Part shown: piece after piece, positions 26,501 through 41,500 of the stretch
How the letters are laid out: every line of letters starts with the position of its first letter
Numbering within the stretch: the stretch's first letter is position 1
NCBI GenBank assembly: GCA_040437565.1
Contig: JBDOQK010000002.1
Location: forward strand, 868,001 to 932,000
DNA length: 64,000 nucleotides
From: Albugo candida
Lineage: Eukaryota
Reading direction: 5' to 3'
Program-made: the position numbers and the translations under genes
The notes under the pieces: generated by a model
What the model saw: only the letters and a program-made list of their open reading frames with translations
Database searches by the model: none
Told to the model about the DNA's origin: nothing

Positions 26501-29500
26501 TACGAGAAATCATTCAGAAATATCTGCTTGATTCAATTGGAGATGTCTATGTCGTAGATCTATACTACCGGCATTACTACCCTGATGACATAAGAGAAAT
26601 GCAGGAATGGCAAATACGTCTTGCAGCGCATTCTTCACTCAAGCTGTCGACATGTAATGTAGCATCTGTGGACCATTCAGCATGGTCGATTAACCTATTC
26701 AGTGACGATCAGTCGAGTCTCATCACAAGCAGCAACTCTGCTGACGTGAGATTCAAAGTATTTCCTCGTATCGAATTTGCACAAGAGAATACTTTCATGG
26801 ATTCCATAGCGCGAATATTCATCCTGCAAACTGAACACTCTATGCAATGCTCAATGTACTCTGTAAAATCTGCCGAAGAAATACACCAGGTCCAAATAGG
26901 TGATAGAATACGCATAAAAGATCTTCAAATCAAGCGGACTCAAACAATTTGTACAGATCCCTGTCAGCTCTTCTGGATACATATAAATGCCACTGAAGGA
27001 AAAATTGCCTTCAATGATTCCCGGGATAATCAGCCACAGCATTCATTGAACGTAACGTGGAACTTGGACGTACTGAGCAAGAAACTAGCGGATGGCTTCG
27101 ATTACTATTCAACCGGTCGGGCTGGTTACCATATTGTCGCTGTCACAATAAGCTGTGCGGGGCAGCACACGACACAAATGGACGCTTTGATCACGACTGA
27201 GATCCCCGTGAGAATAATTTCTCCCAAAACAGATGATTCGTTGACCATACATGTCCCTTTCGCAAGCCTCGATTTGAACTTTGATCAAAAAGCTCACATC
27301 TTTGGAATACAACTTCAAAATCCAGATGGATCGTATTTTTCTGTCAACGTCGACATATGGGTGAAAGTTGGTGAATTGAGCTTGAGATCTTTATCGGCTT
27401 ATGCTTCCCTCGAGACAGAATGGTCTCCAATATGGAATTTGCGTGGTAGCATCGCTCAGATCAACAAAATGCTGACCAATATTCAATACCGGACTGTGAT
27501 GTGTAAGGCCCCGATCAACAAGGATCACTTCTATATTGCAGCTGAAATCATGCCTCAAATATCGACTTTTACAGCAACAGCGTCGACTAACCTATCAGTT
27601 ACATTCAATCGAGTCGAAAGGCGCATCTCATTGCACAATGTCTTCATAGAAAATTGCTTAGAGGTCTTCTTGGGTAGATCATGTATCAGAAAAGAGACAG
27701 GTTATATTCTGGGGCAACTAAATCAACCGATCCCACTGACCAACCTTAGCGTCAAAGCGTACTTTAATACAAACATCCAGACAAAGAATGTGAGTGCAGC
27801 AGATCAGCACGTTGAAATCAGGCTTGCAGCTCGAGAAGGAAAAATAGCATGCGATGAGCTTTTTCCGTACAATGATATGAAATCAAATAATGTTCTTATT
27901 GAGAAGCATATTGATGCTCTTAATCAACTCATACAAAATTGTCAGTATCTGCCACCCCATGTACCACTCGGCTTGAATGAAACAGATGAAATAAAAATAC
28001 TAGGGCAGCAAATTACTATGAACGAAAGTGTGAATCAAGTGGAAATGTCGATTTTAGTGCTCCCTGATAGCATGAACGATATTTTGATAGTCGAGTGGCC
28101 ACAAAGTATAAAGGACGGATACTCCCTTGAATGTACTGTCGGCCAAGATGTTTTGATTCCTTCTTTAGTTGTTCGGGTTTATCCTCCATCTGAACGACCA
28201 CAGCGTCTATACACAGTTGAGATCGCAATCGACGAAGGGAATATAACGAGCACGAGCTCGACCAGGATCACACACGAGAATTTACTGATTGTAAGTTCGA
28301 CCATGAATATAGATGGGCCGAGTACACTACGGCTCACTCATAGTTTATCGGACTTGAATCAAATTCTTGGCAAATTATGGTTTTCAGCACCGATTGCTCC
28401 TAAACGATCATATTCACATCTCAAATATAAAGTGTGGCCCATCAATTATCCTCAGAATGCGGTTCATGAGTACCTCCTCGTCAATCTCACGTGGAAAAAC
28501 TTTGAAAGTGTTGTAGATAAGGATGATGTATACTTGACATCAACCGATCAAATATTTCGAGCAAGTCCCGGAGAAAATGTATCAATATGTGGGGGATTTA
28601 ACATTCCCAAAAGTATCAACATTTCCTCGAATAGAGAAGTTTTTGCTCTAACTTTAAAGGCGCATCATGGTTTACTGACCTCATATCGCGAACATGCTGC
28701 AAATCCTTCGGTTAAATTACATGTAACAGCACCACTTCATGAAATTGATGCACATCTGCTCAATTTACATTATAAATCACTTCCAGGTTTCACTGGAATC
28801 GACCAAGTAAGAGCTTCAATCAAAAACTATAACCATGAGGATTTGAACTACAATACAGATCAGTCTGATGAACTTTGGATTGCGATCAAAGTGGCAACGC
28901 CACCTGTAAAAGTTCAAGTTGACTTCATTTCTCCAACTCAAACAGCATTTCCGGAGTGGCTGGAAAGATCATCTACATTGCTCGGACCATCTTTACACTT
29001 ATCCACTATGATTCCTGTCGAGTCATTACGCAAGCACCACATCCTTCATGTATATTTGCAAGCTAATTTTGCAACATTTCAACCAAAGTCCAGCGATCTC
29101 GGTCCAGATTACGATGGTATACATGTCAATACCTCTCGGCTGCCTCTTCTACTCCAACTTACTGGCACTTATTCACGGCTGAAATCAGCACTTCGCGATC
29201 CCCAAGTAATGATGGTACCAAGGACAAATTTCTGGACTCATGAAGAATGGACAACGTTCGAAGTTAAAGCATGCACTCGTTTTGAAGATGATCAGAACGA
29301 ATCAGGCACAAAAGTTTGTAGTGGAATAAAAACCAAGATGAGACTCATCACCAGCGCTCTTGTCAAATTAGTGCGGAAAGATACCAGCAATGCGTTACAT
29401 ATGTTGACTGATGCATCTTCTCCTTTGTCGAAACTCACTTATCTCGATATTGTGCGGAGATTTTCCGAATCAAGTCAAATAATCCTGATACTGGAGGTTA

Positions 29501-32500
29501 TACTATCCTCAGGGAGATTTACATGGACGGAGAAGTTCCAGTGTAGCAATGCATCTGACTTACTGCAAAGAAGCGAGTATGAATTAGGTAGTCTTGACCG
29601 GGATGCAAGAAAAGCTGTCAGGGTTAGGAGCACAATACGATGTCTGAATGAATTTATGGCTGCGACGCATGTAAAATGTGAAAATTATCAGACGGCCGTA
29701 CCTGTATCGATCAATATAAAAGTGAAGCAATTGGCGTGGAGTGCCATCGATGTATCGAGCGAGCATTTCGTGTTACAATTTGATAAAGGAGGCGGGGAAC
29801 ATGGCCTGAAAATCACACCTAAAATAACAGACGAAGCAATCGCGATCACATACGCTGATGTAATATCTCTTCCATCAATTATCAACATTCCCGTTCCAGA
29901 ACTTGAAGAAGATGTAGTAATGAATAACGATGCCCCCGAATCTTTGTTCAGATTAACACTACTATCACCATTACATATGAGGTTTGACGAGAAGAAACTG
30001 GTTCAAGGGCTCTCGCATGAATTTGTGAAGCAAAACTCTACGAACCTCACTTTTATGGGATCTTTGGAACGTTTGCATCAAATACTACATTATCTCTATC
30101 TAATTCCTTCACAATCAGACTTGAAAGGCGCTGTGCAAAGTCCAACACCCATACTGCAAAGCTATGTGAATATTTCTTTGTATAGAATTGAAGATCATTA
30201 CAGCTATGCGAGCTCTGTGCTGTCAAATCAGCATTTTGCAGTTGCATATCAGGTGCTGGAACGTCGGCTTTCTTGGATGCTGAATGATGTGGAACAGCTG
30301 GACCGTCATCAAATGATAAGGAGTAATGGCGGAGTGGTGTCATTCAGCAACATCAAGCTACGTGGTAAGGATAATGCACCAGATTTACAATTAAATCTTA
30401 TCGTCGAATGGCTCAATGATTCACTAAAAGTCAAAAGAGCGCAAGAAACAGCGACCGATAAAGAGCATGAAAGCAGGGAAAACTCGACAGAAAAACTGTT
30501 CTATAAAAGCAATAGACTTGTGCTACGTGCAAACAGAAGGACTTTTGATGATTTATTGCATTCCGTACTTCTGTATTTTGACTGCGAGAATTTCGATCAG
30601 CACGAAATATACGATTTACGGCTCACAGCGAAATTACTGGTCGGGAATTTTAGCGAAAATGATCAAGACCATGCAACACTTGGTCTAAGTGTCCTGCCTG
30701 ACGCATGTTTTCATGGTGAATCCGACCCGATGAAAGCGCAAACGCCTAAGATGCACCTGATGGATATGCAAATAACAATTAAGGAGGATGAGGACTTCAA
30801 TGATTTCGGCCGAGTAATTCGACTTCACTTTGACGACTCAAATCTCCTTTCACAAGATTATATCAGCTCTACCGCTTTCCAACTCTCATTGAGTGTCACA
30901 AGGGGATTACTATCGCTACCGGATACAATCTGCTGCATTGAGCTAAGGACTTCTCATATCTCCAGTGAAATTGTCACAATAGGAGCTTTATCCGGTCTTC
31001 GTCGCGTCCTCCAGAACCTGAGATATAGCCCGCACAAGGATTATAACGGTGAAGACAAGCTTGATCTTTCACTTAGTTTGGGCCAATATGTATCGCGCAT
31101 CCTGCAAACCGAGCAGCTGCTTATCTTGATAGAAGCTGAAAACGATTCCCCGACTATCGATTTTAGACGGACTTTCAACTCAAATGAAGTTAACAAATCA
31201 CATATATTTGGAATCTATATTAATGACCCCGATTTGTTTCACGATAAATCAATTAGGCAGACCTCTATGGCCATAGTATCGCTCGTATTGTCTTCTGGAT
31301 CACTCAGTTTTCAATCTGAGATTTGGATGGAAAATGTCATTCTTATGTCGAAATCGTGCTCGCCTGGCTCCCACGACCGATTTTTGTCGATCACGATCCA
31401 AGGCTCACTATATGCATTAAATCATTTGCTGGAACGAATGTACTATTTTCCTGCTTTGTCTAACCACCAAACATGTGTTGGTGAGAAGACAAAACTCAAC
31501 ATAACAGTCAATGATTTGGGTCATGGCTCGCTACAGCTTAAACCCAAGATCACGACTTCAGTGCAATCCATCAGTCATAACTGCATGCCGATGACACCGA
31601 TGATAGTGGTCGAAAAGAACAATCGACTGATATATGACGATTATAGCGATAAAGTATTGATGGACGGGAATCTCTCAATTGTAGGGACTCTTGACGATCA
31701 AATTCATCCGAGCGGGGAGATAGAGAATAATTCACGCTGTCAGTTGGAGATAAAATGTTTTTATCTAATTGAGGCAGAAGTCCAAGAATTACAAATCAAA
31801 GAAGCACGACATTACTATTCATTCGTTCTCCAGAGTTATATTTTGGATCGCGTTACGTTTCGTAAAACATTCCAGCTTCAAACGAATTTATCACTTCCAG
31901 GAAGGCCGATTTTCATCAAGCAAGTACGAATTTATGTGGATGCAGTTGCCATGCGATCGGACGAAGTACCCGGACAATTTGGAAACGGTCATGGACTTGG
32001 TGAATCTGTCGAATCTGCGATCCAAATGCTTTACGAAGACTGCGGGATGGAATTTGGCTTAATTATCACAAAACACTCCAAATTTCATCCCGAACGACTC
32101 AACAAGTGGACCATAGTTTTGACAGAAACAACAGATCCCATTACATCTATGCCCTTGCCATTTAGCATTCTTCGAGTTGATGAATCCGTTAAGGTAACTC
32201 TTCGCGTTGAACAACATTTGTCGGCGATGACTAGCGAATTCCGGCTCAAGCTCGGCGAGGAAATCACCCATCCTATTCCGACTGATGCAACTTCTCTACA
32301 ATTACAGGAGGCACTAGAGGATATGGAAACGGTTCAAATGGTGCACGTTAGTCCTAGAGCTGGAAATCTGCACTGGGGAATCACATTTTTCAACTACTGG
32401 AACTCTTTTCCAGTACTTGAAGGAATTACGACGGACAAGAACGGACAATCAAACATTTTCCCCGTTCCTACATTCGTAGGAGCAGGAGAGGAGACGTTGC

Positions 32501-35500
32501 TCAACTCTGGAGCAACTATTAAAACCGCACGCATCAAAAAAGGTACAGGCCACGGCACCATTTTTGAAGTCGTGGTAGGTGCACACCCGAGGTCGATAAT
32601 TTACAGGCTGGCGACATTTGCGAATTCAGTTCTTTCCGGATCTTTCCAAATTGGTTTATTTGATTCAAATGGGCAAGAATTAGCTCGAACGTCCGAAATT
32701 TATCATAATGCAGAGGCGAGCATACCGGTGGAAAGCGACCTTAGTAAAAGTGGTGCAATTAAACACAGATCTCTTGAACTAGAGCTGTTGACAGCGATCG
32801 GGAATCTTCCGAGAATCCTTGGCCTTCATAATATTGACATTGAGGCCCGCAAGGTCGTAACAGATCACCACCTTCGTCTTAGTGATTGGACAATTACTTT
32901 CACCAAATGCAGTCATGATTTTCCAGTTTTCAAAGTTGTCAACACAGCCAACCTCAGGGGTGATGATGCTAGAGCGCAATTGCACATACTTCAGGTAACG
33001 GAGAATTTAGGTGGTACATTTTCGGTTACCATTGATACGACATCTCTGAACTCACCACATACATTTAGTTGGAACGTCGAGGCATCGATCCTCGAGGAGG
33101 CCCTGAATTATGAACAGCTGGATGACTCTACAGCGAAAGGTACACCCAAATACCATGTACGTCGGCGCCGACATGGTCAAAATGGATATGCTTATGGTAT
33201 CTTGTTGCTTTCACAAACAATACCACTTCGACTTAATTCAGCATCTCGCATACCGATTGTCGATGGAACAAATCTCACGGGTCTCGGTGCATTTGCTCAA
33301 ATCAATATTATAGATAAAACTTTCCAGAATGACGAGCGTGAACTGAGCAATGAATATGCTTTGTCTTGGACAAAGATGCCTCAGTCGGATGATGAATTTC
33401 CAGAATTTCAACATGGAGCGGTCAATTATCGTATGGATGCAACATCAATGAAATTGAAGGCAAAATCACCTTGGGACTTGATTCAGGCATTACCGAGAGA
33501 TCTTGAGCTACAAATTCCGAAATATGTGAGCGGCGGTCAAGTCCAATTATCATTTACATTGTCAGTGAATTTTCGACATGAGGAGCACGTGTCAACACAG
33601 AAAACATCCATTGTCGACCTTCCAACATCGCTTAAAGCTGATGCTTTTGTTATCCGTAAAGAATTCGCACAAGACGATTCGCTGCATTTCGCGATGTCCG
33701 ATGATAACTTCACGCTTGCTGGGCTGTATGTTGATGCACAATCACGGTGGTTGGAACATGTTTGGGTTAAACTTTGTGTCTCGGCGCAGAAGGATTGTAG
33801 CAAGAATGCACACTGGGTAAATGGCACAACCGAAATGATCAACGTACATCTACGACAAAAGGAATTTCCAACCACCTTTCTGTTCGAGCAACACAACGGT
33901 GGAGCGGTCAATCTGATACTGTACTATGAAAATGACATAATCACAACACTACATGTACAGCTAAAACGAAGATCTCTTGATGTCAATGATATCACAGTGC
34001 CATATCCAACGATACGTATACAAAATGACTCTAAGAATCAAAATCTGTACAAGAACGATTCGTCGAGAATACTGCGAGCAGCTTTTGACGTAGAAACAAC
34101 GTTATTTCAATATCTGTCAATAGATGATGCAGGATGCTCTGTGATTCTAGATCACAAGCGGTATGTGACTTCAGATCCAAGTCCGACTGAAGAGGATGCG
34201 TCTTGTAATCTGAAATTCCGTCTTCGATCAATATATGGAACAATCAAAATAACGGAAAGCATAAGGGATACGTCAAAGTTTGCAAAGATAAGTGAGCAAG
34301 AAGTATTGATATGTGCCTCCAAATCTGTGATTAATTTTATATTGGCCAACCTGTTGACATATCAATGCTGCCGATACTTTGAATACCATCAGTATGATCT
34401 CATCTACGTCACAGTAAGCCGTCAAAATAACACTGTAACAAAACTCGTTCCTTTGCAGGAGAGCAGCAGTGTTCTCGAAGTCGAAATCAGTCCAATTCCT
34501 TTTGTTCCAAAAGTACACCTCACTTCGACAGAATTATCACGGATCTTATACAGAGTGAATAAGACGACTACATACCAGCTTGCTGAGCCTAGTGTTACAT
34601 TTCATTCGGGGAGGAAAACCACTTCAGATTATATTGATTCGATTAAAAATGCTGCCCTGCAGCTATACAAATTTGAGCTGGATCAATCAAGCACAACAGA
34701 GTATCGTGAAGCTCGCATACTTTATGAGTTTTTCTTTCCGAAAATATCATCGGCTACAAGCGATTTCGTCATGCACTTTTCTGAGCTGAACTCTTTGGTA
34801 ATCTTTACAGGATATGATGATCAACATGGCAGTGAGCTCTGGATAACCGATGGGAATCCTAATAACACAAAGCTTTTTATCGATCTACTCCCTGGTTCAC
34901 TAAGCTCCAATCCCACTTATCTGACCGCGATAAATGGAAAAGTATACTTTGCTGCAGAGGGCTTGGATCTATCGTGGACACTGGATCTTGATTCATGCAA
35001 CGGGCTTCGATCTGTACAAGCTTCTGGTGAAGAGATATTGTACATTATTGCAAGAGATCCTGTCTGGAAACCTGAGAAAAGGTATGAGTGCCCTGCTGGG
35101 TACCGGTGGATCACTTCACGTGAACACTTTGAAAAAATTATTCTCACATCTAGAAAAAGATCGCTTGAGGAAAGTTATTCGAGCATCTTCTGGAATTATT
35201 GTGATTGGGATGGGTACAAGTTTGGTGGTGCGTATCGCCGGTATTTTCGTTTTTCTGATTCCTACATTAATGGAGTATATCAGCATGCGGGGCGTACGAT
35301 CACCTCACCACTCGGGCACGATGATTCCTCCTTCGACTTTGCTGGAATAATTTGTGCCAAATTGAGTTCCGGAATCGATAGCACGCTTTCAGCACTAGGT
35401 AGAGAGCTATGGGTGACGGACGGGAGTTTGAGAGGTACAAAACGGGTGCGGGACATACAATCAGGAAGCATTGGATCCAATCCTAAATATTTGAGCTTAT

Positions 35501-38500
35501 TTTCGTCTATAATCGTCTTCCAAGCCACTACCGACGAATTTGGTACCGAGCTATTCAAAACAGACGGGACTGAGGCAGGCACAGTCGTGGTTGCTGATAT
35601 TTGGGTAGGACCAAGAAGCTCTAACCCTTCTTATATGACGGAATGGACAACAGGCGATGGTAGACTATATTTTGCTGCCACAAGCGATTATGGGCGCGAA
35701 TTATGGGTTTCCGGTGTGCGCGCTAACTTCCACAACTATTCTTCGAGTGGCTCAAAAACTTTCGCAGGTGAGACCTCGACTTATATGCTTCGAGACATAT
35801 TTCAAGGAAAGAACTCATCAAATCCAAGATACTTGGTCGCTGCTACTACCAAGGCTGGTATTTCAGGAGTTTTTTTCTCAGCAGACGACGGGGTACATGG
35901 TCGAGAGCTCTGGGTTACAGATGGCACTCTATCTGGTACAAAAATGATTGTAGATTTGGCTAGTAGACGGTCTAAAGGCTCCAATCCAGCATACCTGACA
36001 CTTTTTCGAGGAGAAATATACTTCCAAGCTACTGTAGATGAAGCCATTGGGGTAGAGCTATACAAAACCGATGGAACTTCTTCGAATACTCGGCTCGTTG
36101 TAAATACTGCACCCGGATCCGCAGGAAGTTCCCCACATTGTCTTTCCAATATCCAAGCAACAACACGTTTTGGGGATACAGAAGAACGTCTCTATTTTGT
36201 TGCGAATGATGAAAATAATAATGAAAGGATATGGAGCTATGATGGCACGAACTCTAAACCGTCTGGCCGGACATTGCCCGGCACTTTACAAATTACTGAC
36301 GATCTTGATGGTTTCGGTTGCAAGCTATATGTCTATGGGAATTCCATTCTATCAGCAGTCAAACAAAAGGATATCGGAAATTCTATTGAAATCGACTTTG
36401 ACTTTCCATTTGATTGTACTGTTCGTCTAATCGTCGACAAAGGAAATCTTTTGGTTCCTGCGTACGGTCGACGACAACCGAGTAAATCAGATAAAATGGA
36501 CGTCAAAAATGCACAGGAACTCAGTATTTTTCTCAAATCGATATTGTATGTGCCTCCGCAAGACTGGGCGCAAAGTTATGATGGATCAGCTTTAACTACT
36601 AACTGGGTGATTGAAATCATTCTCAATGGCGTTAATCACACAGTACAGGTCCCGCTGATAATACCACCTACCAAATTTATACCTCGATTGCTAACAACTC
36701 TGACTGGAGAAACGATTCTAACGAAAGAAGACACAATCAGGAAAATTCCTAGTATCTCTGTTCAAATGTGTAATGCAATTCTTGATGATCCCGACATGTA
36801 CGACTGCATTCCATCTGATGCGATAAACGCCTTTAACAACATTTTGCTCGAGCTAAATGCCTCGTTGCAGCATGGCACCTTCCACGTTGGATACTCAGGC
36901 TGTCTCGTGTCTTTCCGGGGTTACCAGCCCGACTATGTTGACATATACACAAGCCTTGATTCTGGTAGACCTTGGAAAACTGTCACGATGGTCGGCTCCT
37001 TGGTTTGCTTAAACCAGATAATGTCCGATCAGATGGATTTTTATGGAGATGGCGATTACACGGGAAAGGATACTCTAAATATAAGTATCCGATCGGCAGC
37101 TCCACGTGTGTCGGATCGTGAGGAACGCGTACTAATTAGAAATATTGAACAATGGACAGACCAAAAGTCTTTCACGATTCTCATCGAGCCGGTCAATGAC
37201 GCACCGTATTTGCTAGCTTCTCAGCATTACGAATGCGACGAAGATGTCCCTTTTCTTTTTCCAGACTTGAAAGTTGTGGATCCGGATGGGCTATGGACAC
37301 CAATTCAACTTGACATCGCAGCAGAGTACGGGAGTTTTGTCATCACCGTACAGCAGCCAAATGTAAAAGTTCTTTCTCAAGCTGAGTGGGCAGACCTCCG
37401 TATGATTGGCCCTGTTGATGATATCAACTTAGCACTGAGTAAAATGGCGTACATCTCGAAACCAAATTGGAATAGTCTTCAGCTAGCGACAAATGAGAAT
37501 TTTTTCAGTCTGGCCACCACCTTTGATGATGTTAGCTTTGAATTACATGATTTCAAGAAGTTTAATCATACAACAATTCGGAACGTGAAGATATTCGTAA
37601 ACCCCGTGCAAGATGCAGTCTATATCTTCGCTCCAGATATTAAGCACAGAGAAACGAGGAGCAGTCATTTTTATGAATTAGATCAAGTAGAGGATTTGAC
37701 CACAGCGATGAGAAATGTTGAGTTCAAGATCGCGGATACCACAAATATGATTACTCTAAAAGTGGAATTGAACGTGGAAAAAGGAGTTTTGTTCATGCCA
37801 GATTTTTCATTGAACGAAGTATCATTCAATGACGGTACGGAAAATAATGAACGCATTATTCACTTTGAAGGTTCGCCGCAGGCTGTGAATACAGCGATTC
37901 AAACACTTGCATACAGACCCGATACGACCCTGCTGGAATATAAAGATGTGCTCATTTTGAAAGTCCAAAGCTACGATAGACTATCGATGCAGTTCTCGCC
38001 AAATTCGTACCTGCAGGTACCTTTAGTGACGAGAAAACAGAACTTTGTTCCACAATGGGAGCTATCAAAACCCGACTTTATACTTGGTAGCTTACTCGTC
38101 TGGCACTTGGGAGAAAGCAAATCAGTTCTCATCCGAAATGCGTCATTTACGGAAAAGAATGATATAGGAGTAGACCGTTCGTCTTCCCGTGAAATGCAGC
38201 TTGCACTGAAAGCTGAGAATGGCTACTTTCATTTGTCTCGATTACATGACGTCGAGCCAAGTACAAAGATTCTGGTTCGTCGACAAAATGAGAACAATGA
38301 ATGGCGATTCTTGATGATAGCAGCTCCTTTGAATGTTTTAAACTATATCTTGGGTGAGATTTTGTTCTACTTGGACCAAAATCGCGATGTGTCACGTTCT
38401 ATGGATGTCATGCTCAGACTGACTATCAACGAAGAGGGTCTGGATGGCTCAAAAGTGAGTAGTACGCAGCTTCACTTCATTCCTAGTAATAGGACGAAGG

Positions 38501-41500
38501 AATCAGCATTATCTATCCGTGCTATCGAAGACATTATAGAGGTTGAGGAAGATCACGTTTTACCTTTCAATCGTACAAGTCATATTTTACTTTCTTTTGA
38601 GGATGAAGGATGTTGCACGCAATGGCCAATTCAGCTCGAGATAAGTTGTGAGCATGGAGAATTTTTGGTAGCTCATTCGCCAGGTGTATCGATGTCTCGG
38701 AAGAATGACCACACAATATACATGGAAGGGTATGTGGAATATATGAAAACCGTTTTGCGCAATGCAGTCTATGTCCCTCATAAGGATTGGTACGGTGCAG
38801 ATAGAATCTATTTCGCTATTCTTGATGGAAAACAAGGGTCCGAATCAAATGCGAGTATCATGGTCTCGGTTCTTCCTATTTGTGATGAGCCTCGATTTTC
38901 TCATACCGAGGCCTCACGTACAGAATACGTGATGAAAGAAGACACTGAAATCGCACTACACTTGCCACTTATCGTTGATCCGGATCCAAAAGAATCGATG
39001 ACTCGCGAGATTTCGCTAAATATCGTCGTAACTGAGAAAGCTGGAGGCATTATGGCGACCCATTTATCCGACTTTTTTGTTAATAATTCGTTGGAGAAGA
39101 CCTCTAAGGAGGCGTGGCTGAAAGATATCAGTATAAGAGGAAATGCACTTGAACTGAATGCGGTTCTCAATGGACTAATGTACCGCCCAAATCCAGACTC
39201 GTACAATAGTTTTCCTGGTGCTGGTCTGGTAAGACCGATGGATGAAATTCGATTCTCTCTGGAAGTAATAAACGATGATGGAAGTGAATGTGACGACACT
39301 GACGACTCCAAACACCTCACTGTATTTGTTCAAGTGGATGCCGTCAGAGATCTTCCTGTATTGCTTTCTGAAGAATATGCGCGGCTTCCATTTCACCTCG
39401 GTACAAAAATGATGAAAAATGAATTGGACGACAGAGAGTTTTGTAGATTTCTTGCATCAATTCCAAGCACAGCAAGTGCCATTGAGGACGAATCTCGGAA
39501 CTTGAACCCTTTCACGATATATGATGCCGACATCTCTGATCAGGAGTCGAATAGAATTCTGCTCAATATTACTGGATTCGGAGTTAGAGTATATCGAGAT
39601 TCATTAAAGCACAATGATAATTGTAGTATGGCTTCTATTACTGCTGTTCCTCAAACAAGTGATTTTGATCTCTGGATCGCTATGGTTGGACCGCAAAATG
39701 CATTGAATTGTATGATCGCTTCTCAGTTGATGTTTGTCAGTGGTCCAGACTACCATGGAATCTCTTACATTATCGTACAGATATCTGACTTGAGCTTTTC
39801 GGGAAGCGATCAAGAAGTAAGCAGTACATATGTCCTCCGAGTGAATATTGAGGCAGTTGATGACATCCCAAAGGTACAATTTCCGTCATATGGAACAGAA
39901 CTAGCACATTTTGTCGTTGAATTCGGCTCAGAGAAATTCTTAACAGGTGCTCCATACCCCGAACATTTGTCAAAGACCTGCCGAGGAATGGCGGATTCCG
40001 GCCTTTGTGCAAGCAGTGCTGCTTCCAAAGCTCCAATCTCACCATCACATGTCAAATGGTCCCTGTTGCGTGTTCGTCCTCTGTCTGCCAATAGCACCGA
40101 TCGTATTTCGCCTGTTACGTCTTTCGTTAGCTCCGAATTCTCTCAATGTCAATTTTCGATCGCAGCTCTTGGACTTGAAATCATTTTTGGTGGCTTTGAT
40201 TTGTTACATGGCGCTGAATTATGGCAGTCGAGTGGGAAGTCTCGAGAAACAAGCATGCTGAAAAATCTTGCACCCGGAAACCAAAGCTCCAGTCCATCGT
40301 TCTTGACGCACTATGCAGAACGCAATTTGGTGCTTTTTGCTGCTGAAGGATTCGACAAATCTTGGATGTTGAAAGACGAGGCTCGTGATAATTGTGGTGG
40401 TATGCGTCGTAGCACAATCAATCGTCGAATAGCTTATGTGGTTGCTGATGAAGAACGAATGAAAAATGATCAGGTATGTCAGAGAGGCTTCCTCCTGCAT
40501 TTATAGCTCAACAAAATTTGTGCATAGGAATACGATTGTCCTCCAGGGTATACTTGGATGTCTACTGAGCAAGCTCGTTTCCATCTGAGTAGCGCTGGAC
40601 AGGCCGCATATGGTCAGCCCGAGCATTTGACCTATTATGATCAGTGCGGATGGAATGGATATGAGTGGAAAGGAATACTACGTCGGCAGTTTTTATTTTC
40701 AGACTCAAAGGTACCTTTGATTAAAATTTCTCACACTAGCTCCTATAATCACTCGTCATTATAGTTTACTGGTGCCTATAAAGACGCTAGAAGTCCGGAT
40801 GCATCATTACCCGATACTGGGAATCTTGTAAATCTTTTTGCTGGTCTTGTGTGCTGGGAAACCGCTGACCGTACTGGGAGCACAGGAATAGAGTTATGGG
40901 CAACTGATGGGTCAGAAGAAGGGACTCGGCGCGTCCGTGACATCAATCCTGGACCTCCCAGTTCATCACCGTCAGATCTATACGAGTTCGAGGGCAGAAT
41001 GTTTTTCCAAGCAACGACAGCTTCTTCTGGAACTGAGCTTTGGACCACTCAGGGCACTTTAGAATCCACATTCTTGCTGGTGGATTTAGTGCCTGGAACA
41101 CGCAGTTCGTACCCAAGATTTCTGACTGGAATGCATTCCAAGCTGTTCTTCTCCGCCACCACACTTGCAACAGGTAGGGAACCGTGGAGCACAATGAGCA
41201 TCATCAATTCCAGGATGGGGCAAGGAGATCACAATGAGATGGGAGCAGGAATCCTGTACGATATCTGTGCTGGTCCAGGATCATCAAACCCGCAAAATTT
41301 TGTGGTTCTAAAACAGAATCAGCTGCTTTTTCAGGCTGATGATTGCGTTCATGGTCCCGAACTATGGATAAGTGACGGTACAGCAATGGGGACCCACCTC
41401 TTGGCTGATATATTTCCTGGGTCCGAGGGATCTCATCCTTCATATCTGACTACTTTTGGTGAAAAAAATATCTATTTTCAAGCAAACGATGGTGTACATG

